A stretch of DNA of 64,000 nucleotides from Trichinella spiralis. Taxonomy: Eukaryota. Shown here piece by piece: positions 28,141 through 40,665 of this stretch (the first letter of the stretch is position 1; every line of letters starts with the position of its first letter). The stretch spans positions 1,426,796 to 1,490,795 of the forward strand of contig NW_003526945.1 in NCBI RefSeq assembly GCF_000181795.1, read 5' to 3'. The notes beneath the pieces are model-generated. The model was not told where the DNA came from, made no database searches, and worked only from the letters and a program-made list of their open reading frames with translations. A program made the translations under genes and the position numbers.

Positions 28141-29230
28141 GCGTTAGAGGCGGTGACTTCACTTATCATGAACTCCTCACGTGCTGCAATTTGAATCGCC
28201 TTCTTGAAGCTATCTGGCATGTTTCGTAATATTGTATACGTAATCATGACCAGATGGATTCTGCTTCGAAGCAGAAATACGTCGAATATAGCCGGCTTAC
28301 TCTTTGACACTTTCGTTTTCCCGCTGTCGCCGGTTAATAAATTCTTTCTCCAAATCAGATCATGATATTCTGTTCTTCACTCTCAAATTGATAAAACCAT
28401 AACAACTTTGCTTTTCGAGCAAATTCAGTAGCAAACTGGACATTCATCTTTCTTCAAATCGGACGTTGACAAAGCACAATTCAAACAGTATCCCTTTCCT
28501 TCTTCCCGGGTACTTCGCACGGTCGTCGGAACACGGCCCGGTATAACAAAGACCATGCTGTTACTCTTCATGGCATCAGTCGCCTAGATTTTCTTTCTCC
28601 GGCAACAAATTCAACAATAGTCTTGTTATAACCTGCCTTCCACCATCTGACGCGCTTGCGTTAGAAGCCGTGAATTGATTTATCACGACCTCCTAGCGTG
28701 CTGCAATTTGAATCACCTTCTTGAAGCTATCTGGCATGTTTCGTAATATTGTATACGTAATCATGACCAGATGGATTCTGCTTCGAAGCAGAAATTCGTC
28801 GAATATGGCGGGCTTACTCTTCGACACTCTCGTTTCCCGCTGTCGCCGGTTAATAAATTCTTTCTCCAAATCAGAACATGATATTCTGTTCTTCACTCTC
28901 AAATTGATAAAACCATAACAACTTTGCTTTTCGAGCAAATTCAGTAGCAAACTGGACATTCATCTTTCTTCAAATCGGACGTCGACAAAGCACAATTCAA
29001 ACAGTATTCCTTTCCTTCTTCCCGGGTACTTCGCACGGTCGTCGGAACACGGCCCGGTATAACAAAGACCATGTTGTTACTCTTCATGGCATCAGTCGCC
29101 TAGATTTTCTTTCTCCGGCAACAAATTCAACAATGGTCTTATTATAACCTGCCTTCCACCATCTGACGCGTTTGCGTTAGAGGCCGTGAATTGCTGTGAC
29201 GTGAATAAATCACGTGCTGCAATTTGAATT
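28141..29230. repeat. Tandem duplication with ~517-bp period inside the gag remnant
   Basis: Near-identical blocks start at 28180 and 28697 (CGTGCTGCAATTTGAATC...); a third partial start lies at ~29212. Confidence 0.95.
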
Positions 29231-29491
29231 CACACCAAAAACACTAAACAGTGTCGACTTCAACATATCACAGTCGTCGGTCTCTTCCACTTCCATCGCC
29301 GATGAGACGTCCCCCATGGTTTCGACCACGGGTTACCGCAACATAGCAGCTCTACGATTTTCAGGAACGTTTGTCGCTCAAAAGTACCTTTCCATGCGGA
29401 TGAAGCGACGTTCGACATCAGAAGACCGCGTATGCGCTTCCTTCCGCATTATCCAACGTGGATTCTCGGAAATTCTGCCGCAATCACTAAT

Positions 29492-29659
29492 CGTAGCGTT
29501 GTCCATTGCTTTGTCCATTATACACGACAAGAGTATTATATTTCAGCAAATCAGAATATATATATATATACAATGTCCACTGACGCCACTCGCACGCTTT
29601 ATTCACCACACCACAGTCGCACAAACACTACTTCCTTCTTCCTTCTACTGTACCCTACA
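29492..29659 (-). repeat. LTR copy A (168 bp)
   Basis: Minus strand TGTAGGG...AATAAAG...CGCTACG, with the terminal A changed to G. Confidence 0.75.
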
Positions 29660-29893
29660 AAAACACATTTGACGTTCAGGCACCATCTCATTTATTGTTA
29701 TTATTAAATAATGAAAAATAAAAATCACTATTTTACTTGTTATTTTGTTGTTTTTTGCTGAGTGATTACTATAAAATTAAACGTAATACCTTTCCATGCG
29801 GATGAAGCGACGTTCGACATCAGAAGACCGCGTAAGCGCATCCGTCCGCACTATCCAACGTGGATTCTCGGAAATTCTGCCGCAATCGCTAGT

Positions 29894-30061
29894 TGTAGCG
29901 CTGTCCATTGCTTTGTCCATTATACACGAAAAGAGTATCATATTTAACAGCAAATCAGAATATATATATATACAATGTCCACTGACGCCACTCGCACACT
30001 TTATTCACCACACCACACTCGCATAAAAACTACTTCCTTCTTCCTTCTACTGTACCCTACA
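29894..30061 (-). repeat. LTR copy B (168 bp) followed by a PBS-like sequence
   Basis: TGTAG...CTACA inverted termini and internal AATAAA; TAGCGATTGCGGCAGAA lies 2 nt downstream (29891-29875). Confidence 0.8.
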
Positions 30062-32182
30062 AAAACACATTTGACGTTCAGGCGCCATCTCATTTGTTGT
30101 CATTACTAAATAATGAAAAATAAAATCACCATTTTACTTATTTTGTTGTTTTTTGCTGGGTGATTGCTATAAAATTTAAGATAAATTCACTGCGGCACAA
30201 TGAAATACAGATTAATAAAAGAAATTGTTTTTGAAAATACTTATCAAAAAGTATAAAATTTACAAGAGATACTATGTTAAAAAATAGTATTTATATGAAT
30301 GATAGAACTTTATAAAGTGTAATATTCATAATAAAATATTAAAAATTCTACTACTAAATTTACGAAAATCGTAATGGAAATATTTGAATCAATAAAACAA
30401 AAAATATTTCAGCTAATCAAAATATAAAAATTTTGAGTCAATGAACAATTAGACAAAAAAAACCAATCTGACTATGGCATAAACGCCCATTTAGATAATG
30501 CTTTCAACGACCAGTGAGAAAACGCGGAGAAAATGTGTCCCAGAATTAGGGAAAATCTTAAAATTTAAAAGAGCAGAATTAATGATTTGTAGCAAATAAG
30601 TTATGACTGATGAAAGTGTCAGTTTTAGCCTAGCCATGGGCTACATACATCCTGCAAACAAATTTGCAATTTCAAAGAATCATATTTCATATACATGTAT
30701 AAAAAGATGCAATGCAATCCGTTACCCCTATCATAAATTTCGTTGTTATTCGACTATAGAAAAATATACGTATACACATACGCCACTGTGCTTTGCACCA
30801 GACAAAAAATTTGTTGCAGTAATTGATTCTGATTTGTGTACTGCTGCAACAGGCGTTGAAAATATGCACAAAACGCGCTCGGCAGATAACACGCAAAGCA
30901 CACCGTGGTCAAGTGACAAACTTGCAGCACATCTGTTTCACGCTAAGTCATAACACTACATAAATCATAAAACAAAGTAATTAACTACATTTAAACTAAA
31001 AATATGACATTACAGATGCTAAAATAAAGCTGAAGAAAAAACTAGGAACTTAATCTGAAAAGCAATTCATACGCATAAATGAATAATAATTATACATAAC
31101 ATCAGTGAATTTCAAAATTCCAAACAATGACATAATATGACAAAATAAATTAATAACATTTGAAAAAATTGTTTTACTTACCCATGTACATTGTTTAGCT
31201 AAAATGTATTAAGATAAATATAAAATCGCTGATTCTTGATATACTGTGGGGAATTTGATCGTCAGGCTTAAAATAAAAACTTATCTATACAATAATGCAA
31301 AAATTGGAGTATAGTATGTTTTTTATGTCATTACTTTTTCATTTTGATAAACTTTATGTAGAAACACAAAATACTGTATTAAATTCAACACTATTTAGCA
31401 AAATACAAAGCTGAGCATCTTTATGAACAAGCCGTAAATTCATTAAATGGATAAAGGTAGCCAAAGTATACCATTTTGCAAAAATATCCAGGCAGCTTAT
31501 TGAAATATTCAATGAAAATATAGTGAAAATGTTCAACAGACTGCGATAAGGAATACTTTTCACAAGTCATGACAGAAACTGTTGGCAGAGAAATTGGAAA
31601 TTTTTCAGTTTTCAAAATGGAAATGACAAAATCTTCATTCTCTATTCAAACAACGCCTCCTGGCTATTTTACGAAATCCTTTATAGAATTATCTTTTAAT
31701 TAATAAGAATCCATTATGCTTAATGATTCACATAAATGCTAACAAAATATTTTTTTAAAAGTTAGCTTTCATTAACAAGAATCGTATAATTTGAATCAAA
31801 TGAAATAATAATAATAATACGTATAAATTTGAGCACAGAATTTTTCATCTTCCAAACCTAAAATAAGTACAATTGAAAAATTGTATTTCAAAATTGAAAT
31901 TAAGAAACTTCAAATTTTGCAAGCTCTACAAATGTAATGAAATCAAGCTGCACTTATCAAAAAGAAGAAAGAGTTTTATTAATATGACTGCTCATAAAGG
32001 GAACCAGAAAATGAACTTTCACAGTTGTTTATCGAAAAAATCATCAATCTTTAAGTTTAACAATAAACAGCCTTTGATAACATTTTACAGTTGTGCATTG
32101 TGATTCACATGAAAAAAGCCGTAAAACATTTTCACGTATTTTCAATACAACGATAGGAAAATAAAAAATTAAACAATGTTTG

Positions 32183-32754
32183 CTAAGCTTTGCCTTCTTC
32201 ACGACGATCATTTATCTCCTCATCGCCTGCCATTTGTTGGCCATCTTTAAAATTCTTTGCTTCGTCTGGAAGTACAGATGGTTCGGCTGAATTGTTCCCT
32301 GAAGAAAAATATGGCTTCAATTTATCATATGGAACAACACGTTTGCAGTATTGCAAAATCAAGAAAGTCATATAAAATACTTCATGCTAAAAATAACTCA
32401 TATAACTAAATATAATATTTTAATATTTTCGAATCTTGTCAAATGGTAAGTAGTTTTTTTTATGAAAAATTACGAACTTCATACATACCGGCAGCTTCAA
32501 TAGAGGTTCTTGCTAAAAGTTTGGTGAGTTCCAGATTTACAATCACTTCTGAACAAACTCGACACGGTCTGCAGATGCCCAGCGCTTTCAGTACTCGGCA
32601 CAAGCTGCATAGAGGGTTCTGTTTCCATTTCGTCTTAATAAAAATAAATTAATAAACCATTTAAACGAATAAATATCTTTACAATAAAATAAATAATACA
32701 GCTAGCAAAAAATTATTAATTAAAGCTCTAATAACTTACATTCGAAAACTCCAT
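32183..32754 (-). CDS. Possible small spliced gene of unknown function
   Basis: ATGGAGTTTTCGAAT|GTAAGT micro first exon, an exon TKWKQNPLCSLC...CRPCRVCSEV...|GTATGT and a terminal ORF at 32183-32371. I could not resolve the phase of the last junction. Confidence 0.4.
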
Positions 32755-35332
32755 TACAACTACTAAAAAATTCGTGAATGATTTCAACTAACGAAATGAC
32801 AGGTACTGAAGAAATGACATGCAGGTTGAGCGTAGATTAAGCAAAATTAATATTTTTTTTCACAAATACTTTGAAATGTAACATCAAAAATTTTAAAAGC
32901 TAATTAGGATTATTAATAAAATGAGCTCGACAAAAATACTGTATGAATGAAACAAAATACACCTTAGGAAGTTGTGCAGAAATAAATGTTAACTTTCATT
33001 TCAAAAAATAATATACGTAAATATGTCGTTAATAATAATTAAATAAAAATTCCTAATACATGAATTTTCAAAAAATACAGTCCAACAACTGCCTTTTCTT
33101 AATTGTTGTATTTCAATTTTTTAACACGGAAAATTGAAATGTAAATAAGAAATCATACTGAACATAATAATACATAATTTAATTGGCAAAAAATGTGATT
33201 TTCTTATTTAATTCATTATGTTCAATATTTTTTTGATCGTCAAGACGAGCAATTAAAAGTTCAACATAAATAAATGGTATAAATTTGTATTAAGATAATA
33301 TATCGATTGAGGTTAAATTATAAAAGTATAAATAACAGCAAATAACTATTTAGTTTTTTACTTATTAACTTTGCTACCAATGTAAACTTTTATTATTTGT
33401 ATTAACTGTCTCTATCTTGTTCGCTTACTGTATAATTAGTACTAATAAACTTAACAGTGAAATCGGTTTAATCTGCAAGCATATGTGATGCTGTTTAAAT
33501 GACTGTTTCAAAAAACCTCTACAAAATTCTACTGTTTTAAAACCCGTGGGGTGAAATGGAAGAAACTACAGCAAACTAATCCACCATCAAGCACAGCATA
33601 TATAGTTTACATAAGCTGAAAATAAGTTTTTATGAAATGCATTACTAAAATTAATGAAATAAACAAATAATGAAACTGCAGATGCCAGTAAACTTATTTG
33701 AAAGCACACTGCGCTCTTAACAGAATTTGTTCGTTTCCCCAAGAGTGGAGTTATAAATCACTACAGAAAAAGATAAATGAAACGAAGAGAATTATAATAC
33801 ATCCTAAAAACTTTTCTGATAATATTGTAAAGGTGATTGAACAACAAAAATTAATATTTTAACGATCTCCTTTTCAACAAACACTTTCTTCCGGTATGGT
33901 TTCGGATAGATGAAAAAATATTTTTAAATGCTTAATTTACACTACCATGTAATAAAAGAGTTACCATGTAATAAGAGTTTTATTAGATTATCTACTTTAT
34001 TCAACTGAGTATTCAAACTATTCTGCATAATTTCTAAAAACCTGTTTCTCATAAAAGCGAAAAAATAATGTTAAAAATTAAAACAATATATCATCATAGT
34101 ATTTTTACCAGGATCCCATTTAGATAAAACAATGAAAATTGAGCGGTTATTGTATAAAACCGTTTTTTGAAGACTGCATACGTTCAACAAATTCGTATAT
34201 TTCTTATCGCACATCATATCATCTTATATATTACACAATATTTTAATTGACCTTGTTAAACATTCAACAAGCCATTGGTAATATAGCAAAAGTAATGCAA
34301 AACACTCACTTGCTCTTAAAGATTTCAAATATTACTTTGACAATTCAAATACCCAAGTAATATATTCATTTTGATATATTTTGTAAACGTAGCTGAATTT
34401 TTACAGTAAACTTTGTGCTTTTCATGTTTACACTGTTGTTGTTGTTTTTAGCATTTCGATGAAATTCTAAAATATTATGAACTAAAATAAGAAAAAGTCA
34501 TATATATTTTAATAAATTTTATAAACACCTTAGAAAAATTCAGTGTTTAATTTCAAAATTACATAAAAATGTTTTGCATTACACCGTCCGCTTATTTACA
34601 GTATACGTACTTCAGGAAAATAATACGAAAATAGCAACTTTAATTTTACTTTAAATTTATTTATTAATAACAATTTATTTATTGAGAAACTTTTTTATAT
34701 TTTAACCACCAAATTTTAAATTACCATTTTTTAGAGCTTGCATTTTACAAATGCACTGTAAATTCTTATTAATTATAGTTTGATTGTTTTAGTAGGTTTT
34801 ATTTGTTTGTATTAAAGTTTTTCATGATTTATTACTGTCTGTTCAAATGTCCTAATAAAGCAACATATTGTATCACCTTTTGCTTAAACATCACGGACGT
34901 CAAAAATTGAAACATATAATGGACTACTACAACATATTATCTTTCGACAACGATGCTGTATGTACCACCGAATTAGGTATGATGCACTACGAACGTAAAA
35001 ACGGATATTTTAGTGAAAGCAATTTAAATTTATGTTGAAATAACTTATCTGCACAAAACTAAACATCGACAACATTGTGACCGATTTCAGTTTTTCGTTT
35101 CTTTATCACTGTTATCGTACATGAATCACGTTCTTTTATTGCATAATTAATTATGGCAGTTTTTTTATTTTTTTCAAAATTGATTTTAAATTAAAAATAA
35201 CTGAATAATTTGTTATTTAAGTTATTGAATGTATTTAAAATATTGTGAAAAGCACTTATTAATTAAGGTTTGCTATTTAGTCCATATTATTAAATCATTG
35301 TTTCCTTTTTTGCAGAATGTTCGCCATATATA

Positions 35333-36301
35333 ATGCTTAACGTTGACGAAAACATGTTTCGTCAGTTTAGTCCAAGAAAGATATTTCCATTTAATCAACT
35401 GCCTGTGAACAGTTTAGATTTTAGTCAAGATGGATCCGTGCTGGCGACGGGTTCGGACGACGATTCCATCTACTTATATGACTGTTGCTTAGGAATCAAA
35501 AAGGGATTAGTGAGTTGTAAAAAATATGGCGTTGATCACGTTCGTTATTTTCCTCTCAGTACAGCTGTAGTTCATGCTTCGACGAAAGTAGATGATAGTG
35601 TACGTTATTTGTCGCTTGAAGAAAACAACTATATTCGTTATTTTACGGGTCATACAAAAAAAGTGACCGCTTTATGTATGAATGGACACGATAATACTTT
35701 TCTTTCTTGTTCTGAAGACAAAAGTATTCGTTTATGGGATATCAGGTCATCAAACTGCCATGGTTACATAGAAACATGCGGAATACCTGTATCAAGTTAT
35801 GATCCTGGTGGTGAGCACTTCGCCATTGCTTGTAGTCCAGGTGATATAGCTTTGTATGATAGACGAGAATTTGATAAAGGAGCTTTTGCTGAATTTTCAT
35901 TGTACAACTCAGATCGGTCGACGGTATTTTATGACCTGAAATTTTCTCCAGATGGATCAACGATTCTCATTTCTGCTTATGGTGGAATGTTTTATCTGAT
36001 TGATGCTTATACGTACAGATTGATGTTCACGTTCACACTTCAGCCATTTATGCAAGGCTTCAATCCAGTACGTGTTGAAGCGACCTATACTCCAGATTCA
36101 GCTTTTGTTATCTGCGGATCACTGCATGGATGGCTGTATTGTTGGAACTGTAATACTGGTCAGTTAAGCTTTAGCTTACCAGTCGGAACCAAAAACGCTC
36201 ACGAAGAAGCTATTCGATGTGTTCGTTTTAATCACGCATATGCAGTTATTGCTACTGCTGGAGTAAAAACTGTTCTGTGGAGTCCGTTGAATTTTGGCTA
36301 G
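35333..36301 (+). CDS. WDR82: WD repeat-containing protein 82 (Swd2)-like, divergent, intronless
   Basis: SDDDSIYLYDC, KKYGVDHVRY, VDDSVRYLSLEENNYIRYFTGHTKKV, DKSIRLWDIRSSNCHG, LYDRREFDKGAF, LKFSPDG and EATYTPDS are WDR82 signatures. Confidence 0.9.
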   Translation: MLNVDENMFRQFSPRKIFPFNQLPVNSLDFSQDGSVLATGSDDDSIYLYDCCLGIKKGLVSCKKYGVDHVRYFPLSTAVVHASTKVDDSVRYLSLEENNYIRYFTGHTKKVTALCMNGHDNTFLSCSEDKSIRLWDIRSSNCHGYIETCGIPVSSYDPGGEHFAIACSPGDIALYDRREFDKGAFAEFSLYNSDRSTVFYDLKFSPDGSTILISAYGGMFYLIDAYTYRLMFTFTLQPFMQGFNPVRVEATYTPDSAFVICGSLHGWLYCWNCNTGQLSFSLPVGTKNAHEEAIRCVRFNHAYAVIATAGVKTVLWSPLNFG

Positions 36302-39269
36302 AAATGTCGTTTTCTTTCAAAGCTACAATGTCAAGTTTATAAAATGCGCTCGTCATAAATCTGAAATTTCTCTTTTTATTTTCATTATTATTTTAAGTGT
36401 ATACGTTGTTCTGCCTAAATGGAAGTGTATTTAGTAATATGAATGGTAATTTCGGTCATTTTATTGTGATACTTATTTTTCCGTGATTTTACATTAAAGC
36501 TTCATCGAGACTTGTTTTATTGTACTTTTTCATTTTCATCATATTATTATGTGCTACATAGTTACTTCATACAGATACAAGGCATAGTAGTCATAAATGG
36601 TTTCTGAAGGTGTTGCTTTCCTTGTAAACAGAAACTAATTTCGTTGTCATGCATTAAAATACATATTCAACTCACTGCAAGCTACTTTTAAGCCACTGAA
36701 AAAATATGTTGTCCTTGACTTGACTTACGATATCTTACTGTAACGAAAATATTAAACATCATATAGGCTACTACATTTTGTTGTGAGAAATATACTGACT
36801 ACTGTATAAATTATCCAAAAGTTTCGTTCCTACTGTAATTAAATAAATGCAAGTTTGTTTGATAACTAACGCTTTTAAAGTTCTGATTGTTAAAATCAGA
36901 AACGTAGAGATTCACATAAAATTTCAAACTATCTTTTATCTGTTTAATATAGGTGGCGATAAAAACAGCTTATTGCTGCTCGATCTATCTGCATGCGTCA
37001 TTGCAAACTGAATAAATTCGCTATTAACAGTTATTTTCGGGCATTTTACGCTTTTAACAAATTTCATCTGTGTTAACTTTCACTTTTAACTGTTAACGTA
37101 ATTTGTTTTTTGCTTACACGTTTTCTATTAATAACTTGCTTTATGCTGCTGCTGAAATAGCAATTTCATAATAGAAACTTGTAATAATAACTCCAGTTGT
37201 TCTTCAGCTGGTATAAGACTAAAGCACTCTTTATTCTTGATAAGCTCATATTCCTGCGCAGAACTGAGGAAAAGAACGTATCCATTAGCACTTCTGATTG
37301 ACAGATCTTTCCGGTCAATGCTATAAAATTTTCAGTTTCAAACTAGCATGATTTATTGCAACCTTGCACCGCTGTAAATGTACAGAAAGTTCTCTCAAAA
37401 CTTTAGTTCTGTTTGTCAAAGTTTGGGTTCCTTAAGTATAATGTTTGCTTATGCCAGATACTATTATTCATCACTCGAAAAATTCATTTCTAATCAAAAA
37501 TAAATGATTTAAAATTATTTTTTTGTTTAAAAAACGCTTATCTGTTAATTTTGATACAACTTGAAAAAACATTAGCTTTTACGTGAAGTTAACTGAAATG
37601 TTTGTTTAAATGTCAGTTTTTACCAACAACCGTTAGCTGCTGTTAAATAGAAGGTTAAAACAGTAAACTGCTTAGAACAGCAGATTTTCATCAGGTTTTT
37701 CTGGCAAAACACATTTCATTAACAAATCTGTGTTTTATTAAAATTGGTTTGCAAATTTATTATTTTCACCAATGATGACAGTGTTGCTTTTTGTCTAAAA
37801 CAGTAATAAATTATTCAATGAATCTACTTTATGAAGAACGAAACTGTTCAAAATGAAAGGCGTGGGTGTTCATTTGAGTGATCTTTCGTAATGAAAGACT
37901 GATCACTTATTTCTTCTCATACGCTTTTCAAATTCATAAGAAATAAAGTTTTGCATTTTAAAACATATTTCAGGGCGATTAGTGTAAATTACTCCTTTAG
38001 CCGCCTAATTAAAGTGAGCTAGTGTTTTGATTTTATAAATGTGCAACTTGCATTAATATTGGCAGGTTGATACCGTCATATAATAACAATCTACTGGCAA
38101 TAAACGCATTTAAAAATAATGAACTTCGGTGTTCAAATATAACAGGATGGATTGTCGGTCTATTGAATAACATCAAATCACATACCTAATGTTGATCAAT
38201 GTTGTGGGCGATGTGCATCGTCACCAACTGCTGGCCTAATTCCAGTAAAGAATAAATAAATCGGTACCCAGTGCAAGCATTTAAAATAAGTTTCACGTTA
38301 ATTTACATATCACACACTGGTCAACTGAACGGTATCTTATTGATTTTCAAGTATTACATTATTCACAAAATCCCTTTACAGTACATAATTGTACTGCCTT
38401 TAAAGGGAAAAGACAGATAAGAGTATATAAAAATACGACAAATGTTAAAGTTCTGTGTATATTTCAGAATTCAACAAAACTAATCTCTACCTCTTTGCAT
38501 ACTGATGAATCAACTTTTATCAGAAGAAATTTTTGCCTACATGGCTCTTGTTTCACGAACTAAAATTATTTAATGCTATCTTAAACGAATTTTCATTTAA
38601 TTTTCGTTATCAATTTGATTCTGACATCTGTATTTATTTTAATATAAACGCAAGTTGATAAATATTTTCGATAAACAAATTTCTTATTTCCGACAAGCGT
38701 GAAAATTAAGTATTAATGAAAATGCAAGGATCAGCTATAAAATATAATCATGCTAATTATTATAAATTATCAGAATTATTTTTATTTTATTATGCTTAAA
38801 AAATTTTACTTGAATTCTCATTAACTGAGTTATAAAGGCAAAATGTGCTTAAAATCTATTCCAGATTAAGTGCTGCTTTATTGCTGCACGTACATAGTTG
38901 TTTCCATAATATCTCAATTTAGGTATACTTATCATATGATGAAAGTATTCGTGTGAGAATCAGCACTGATGTAATGTTATGATAGATTTAAATTTTTGCT
39001 AACGACTTGATAAGTGACGTAGATTTTGTCTTGTTTACAAGTAATAGATTTCCCGATTGCTGTTTGCATGATAAAACAAGTTGCGAAATTGGAAAGTGAA
39101 ATGTTTGCGGAATGTCATCGTTTGCTTAGCTAACATTTTTTTGCTCTTATCTTTGGAAAAAACATAGTATTTAATTGATTTTAGTGGTGCCTTATTATTC
39201 AGTTCCGTCGTATATTGTTAATATAGAAGTTCAACATAGTGGTATATATTACCCGTGTGAAGAATTGAA

Positions 39270-40665
39270 ATGAAAAATGAAAATTTTGTTGAAAATTCGT
39301 CGTTTAAAAGTCGTTCGATAACTTCAACAAGGATAAGCGTTTCAGCAAATTTAAAGAAAGGATATACAAAATGCAGACTAAGCGAGAAAAAAAATAGCTT
39401 GCCTATGGGAAAGTCCAATTTACGGCAGCATCGATCTAAGAAAATGTTGCTTGATCAGCTTAGTCGACATTTTCACCGTTTTGATATAATTCATTCTTGG
39501 AATGAAAATTTTCATCCACTTCAACCAAATCAAAGTTTTCTATGGAATCAAGATACCGCAATGCATTTGGTAAATGTTTTTATTTGTGTATCTTTTTTTT
39601 AAATACTTAATGTTCTTTCATGTTACCCATATCTCATCACAACGTTTAATTTAAAATCAAAATTTTTATTCTTTATCATTTTATTGCTTTGAAAGTATTT
39701 AAATTACAAGTGCTATAAATAACGTTGCTTTTGCTGTACCAAGAAGTACATTTGTACCATTTTGAGTAAATTTATGCTATTCTGAAAATTACTTTTTTCA
39801 TTATTTTGTAATTTGTATAAAATTATTTTAGCATGCCAGATTATGAAATCATTTCATCATCCATACATTTTAAATAGAATTTTCAATTTTGAGTCCGTAC
39901 ATGCATACATATGTATGTATGTGTATTTGTATGTATGTATGCATGCATGTAAGTCGGCTGCACGGAATAAAAGTAAAAATTGCTATCCTTAAGTGTTTAG
40001 TTCATTGCATCCGTGAACGTGAATCCACGTTTACTTTTTATATTTAAATTTCTTTTTAACGGTTTAATTTTATTTTTTTATAATTTTGATAGAGAATATT
40101 TCAGAACGAGCAAGCAGTATCCAGAAATATGTTGCTGAGTCAGTATTTGGGAAAACTGACACTGCTAGTTTCTAGAATTGGAAACAAAGGAAATGTGGAA
40201 CAATGCAATGGGTCTAGTTGGATCTCAAAATGGACTGAGTGTAACGAAAAATATTTCCCATACAAAGAAGCTGAAGTACAACGTGAGCTCCTTTCAAATT
40301 ATGATAACTGTCGCTATAGCAGCTATAACAATCAGTTAGACGAGTTTAAAAATTATTCAAACGACTGCTTTAATTTTTCTTATACACCTGCCGTAAATTG
40401 TAATGATCACATTTCTCTGATCGATACTTTGGCACAAGACAATTATTCAACTGAATCAACTGACAATCTGGCAAATTTGAACAACGCGGAAGCAACTGCT
40501 TCCACAGACAATGCCGTCTTATCTGTTTCTAATGCTGAACAGTCATTGATTGAAGATATATCATTAGTAGATTTGTTTTTCGGCGAACCAATGCAGAGTA
40601 CAGAAACATTTTTCAATGAAAGTGGTCTATCCAGTGAAAATCAGTTTGATTTTTCAACATTGTAA
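39270..40665 (+). CDS. Two-exon orphan protein (~290 aa)
   Basis: Exon 39270-39569 (GTAAAT donor) joins in frame to the acceptor ending 40092 (or 40104) and then ORF 40129-40665. Basic N-half and acidic C-half; no family recognised. Confidence 0.55.

Larger units (their letters stand above)
27891..30061 (-). mobile_element. Decayed Gypsy/Ty3-like LTR retrotransposon: 5' LTR, PBS-like site and disrupted gag with CCHC knuckle; no pol or 3' LTR seen
   Basis: LTR TGTAGGG...CGCTACA. Gag N-terminus from 29449 reads RFIRMERYF*ATNVPENRRAAMLR*...DDCDMLKSTLFSVFG. Also EFINRRQRENESVKE*A, PDSFKKAIQIA and the zinc knuckle CWTCTQVGHFRRDC at 27939-27980. Confidence 0.8.
29385..30177. repeat. Tandem duplication with ~402-bp period (flank + LTR + PBS + gag start)
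   Basis: TACCTTTCCATGCGGATGAAGCGACG... at 29385 and 29787; both copies end with GTGATT.CTATAAAATT. Confidence 0.95.

Noticed and set aside
29214..30026. Plus-strand ORFs of 61-152 aa
   Set aside because: They are antisense to the gag/LTR remnant and recur only because of the duplication.
29492..30061. TRIM or complete mini LTR element
   Set aside because: Both LTRs share the same upstream flank and downstream PBS, which points to a segmental tandem duplication.
32740..32754. MEFSN-TKWK resembling the human PRIM2 N-terminus (MEFSGRKW)
   Set aside because: The similarity does not extend further and is probably coincidental.
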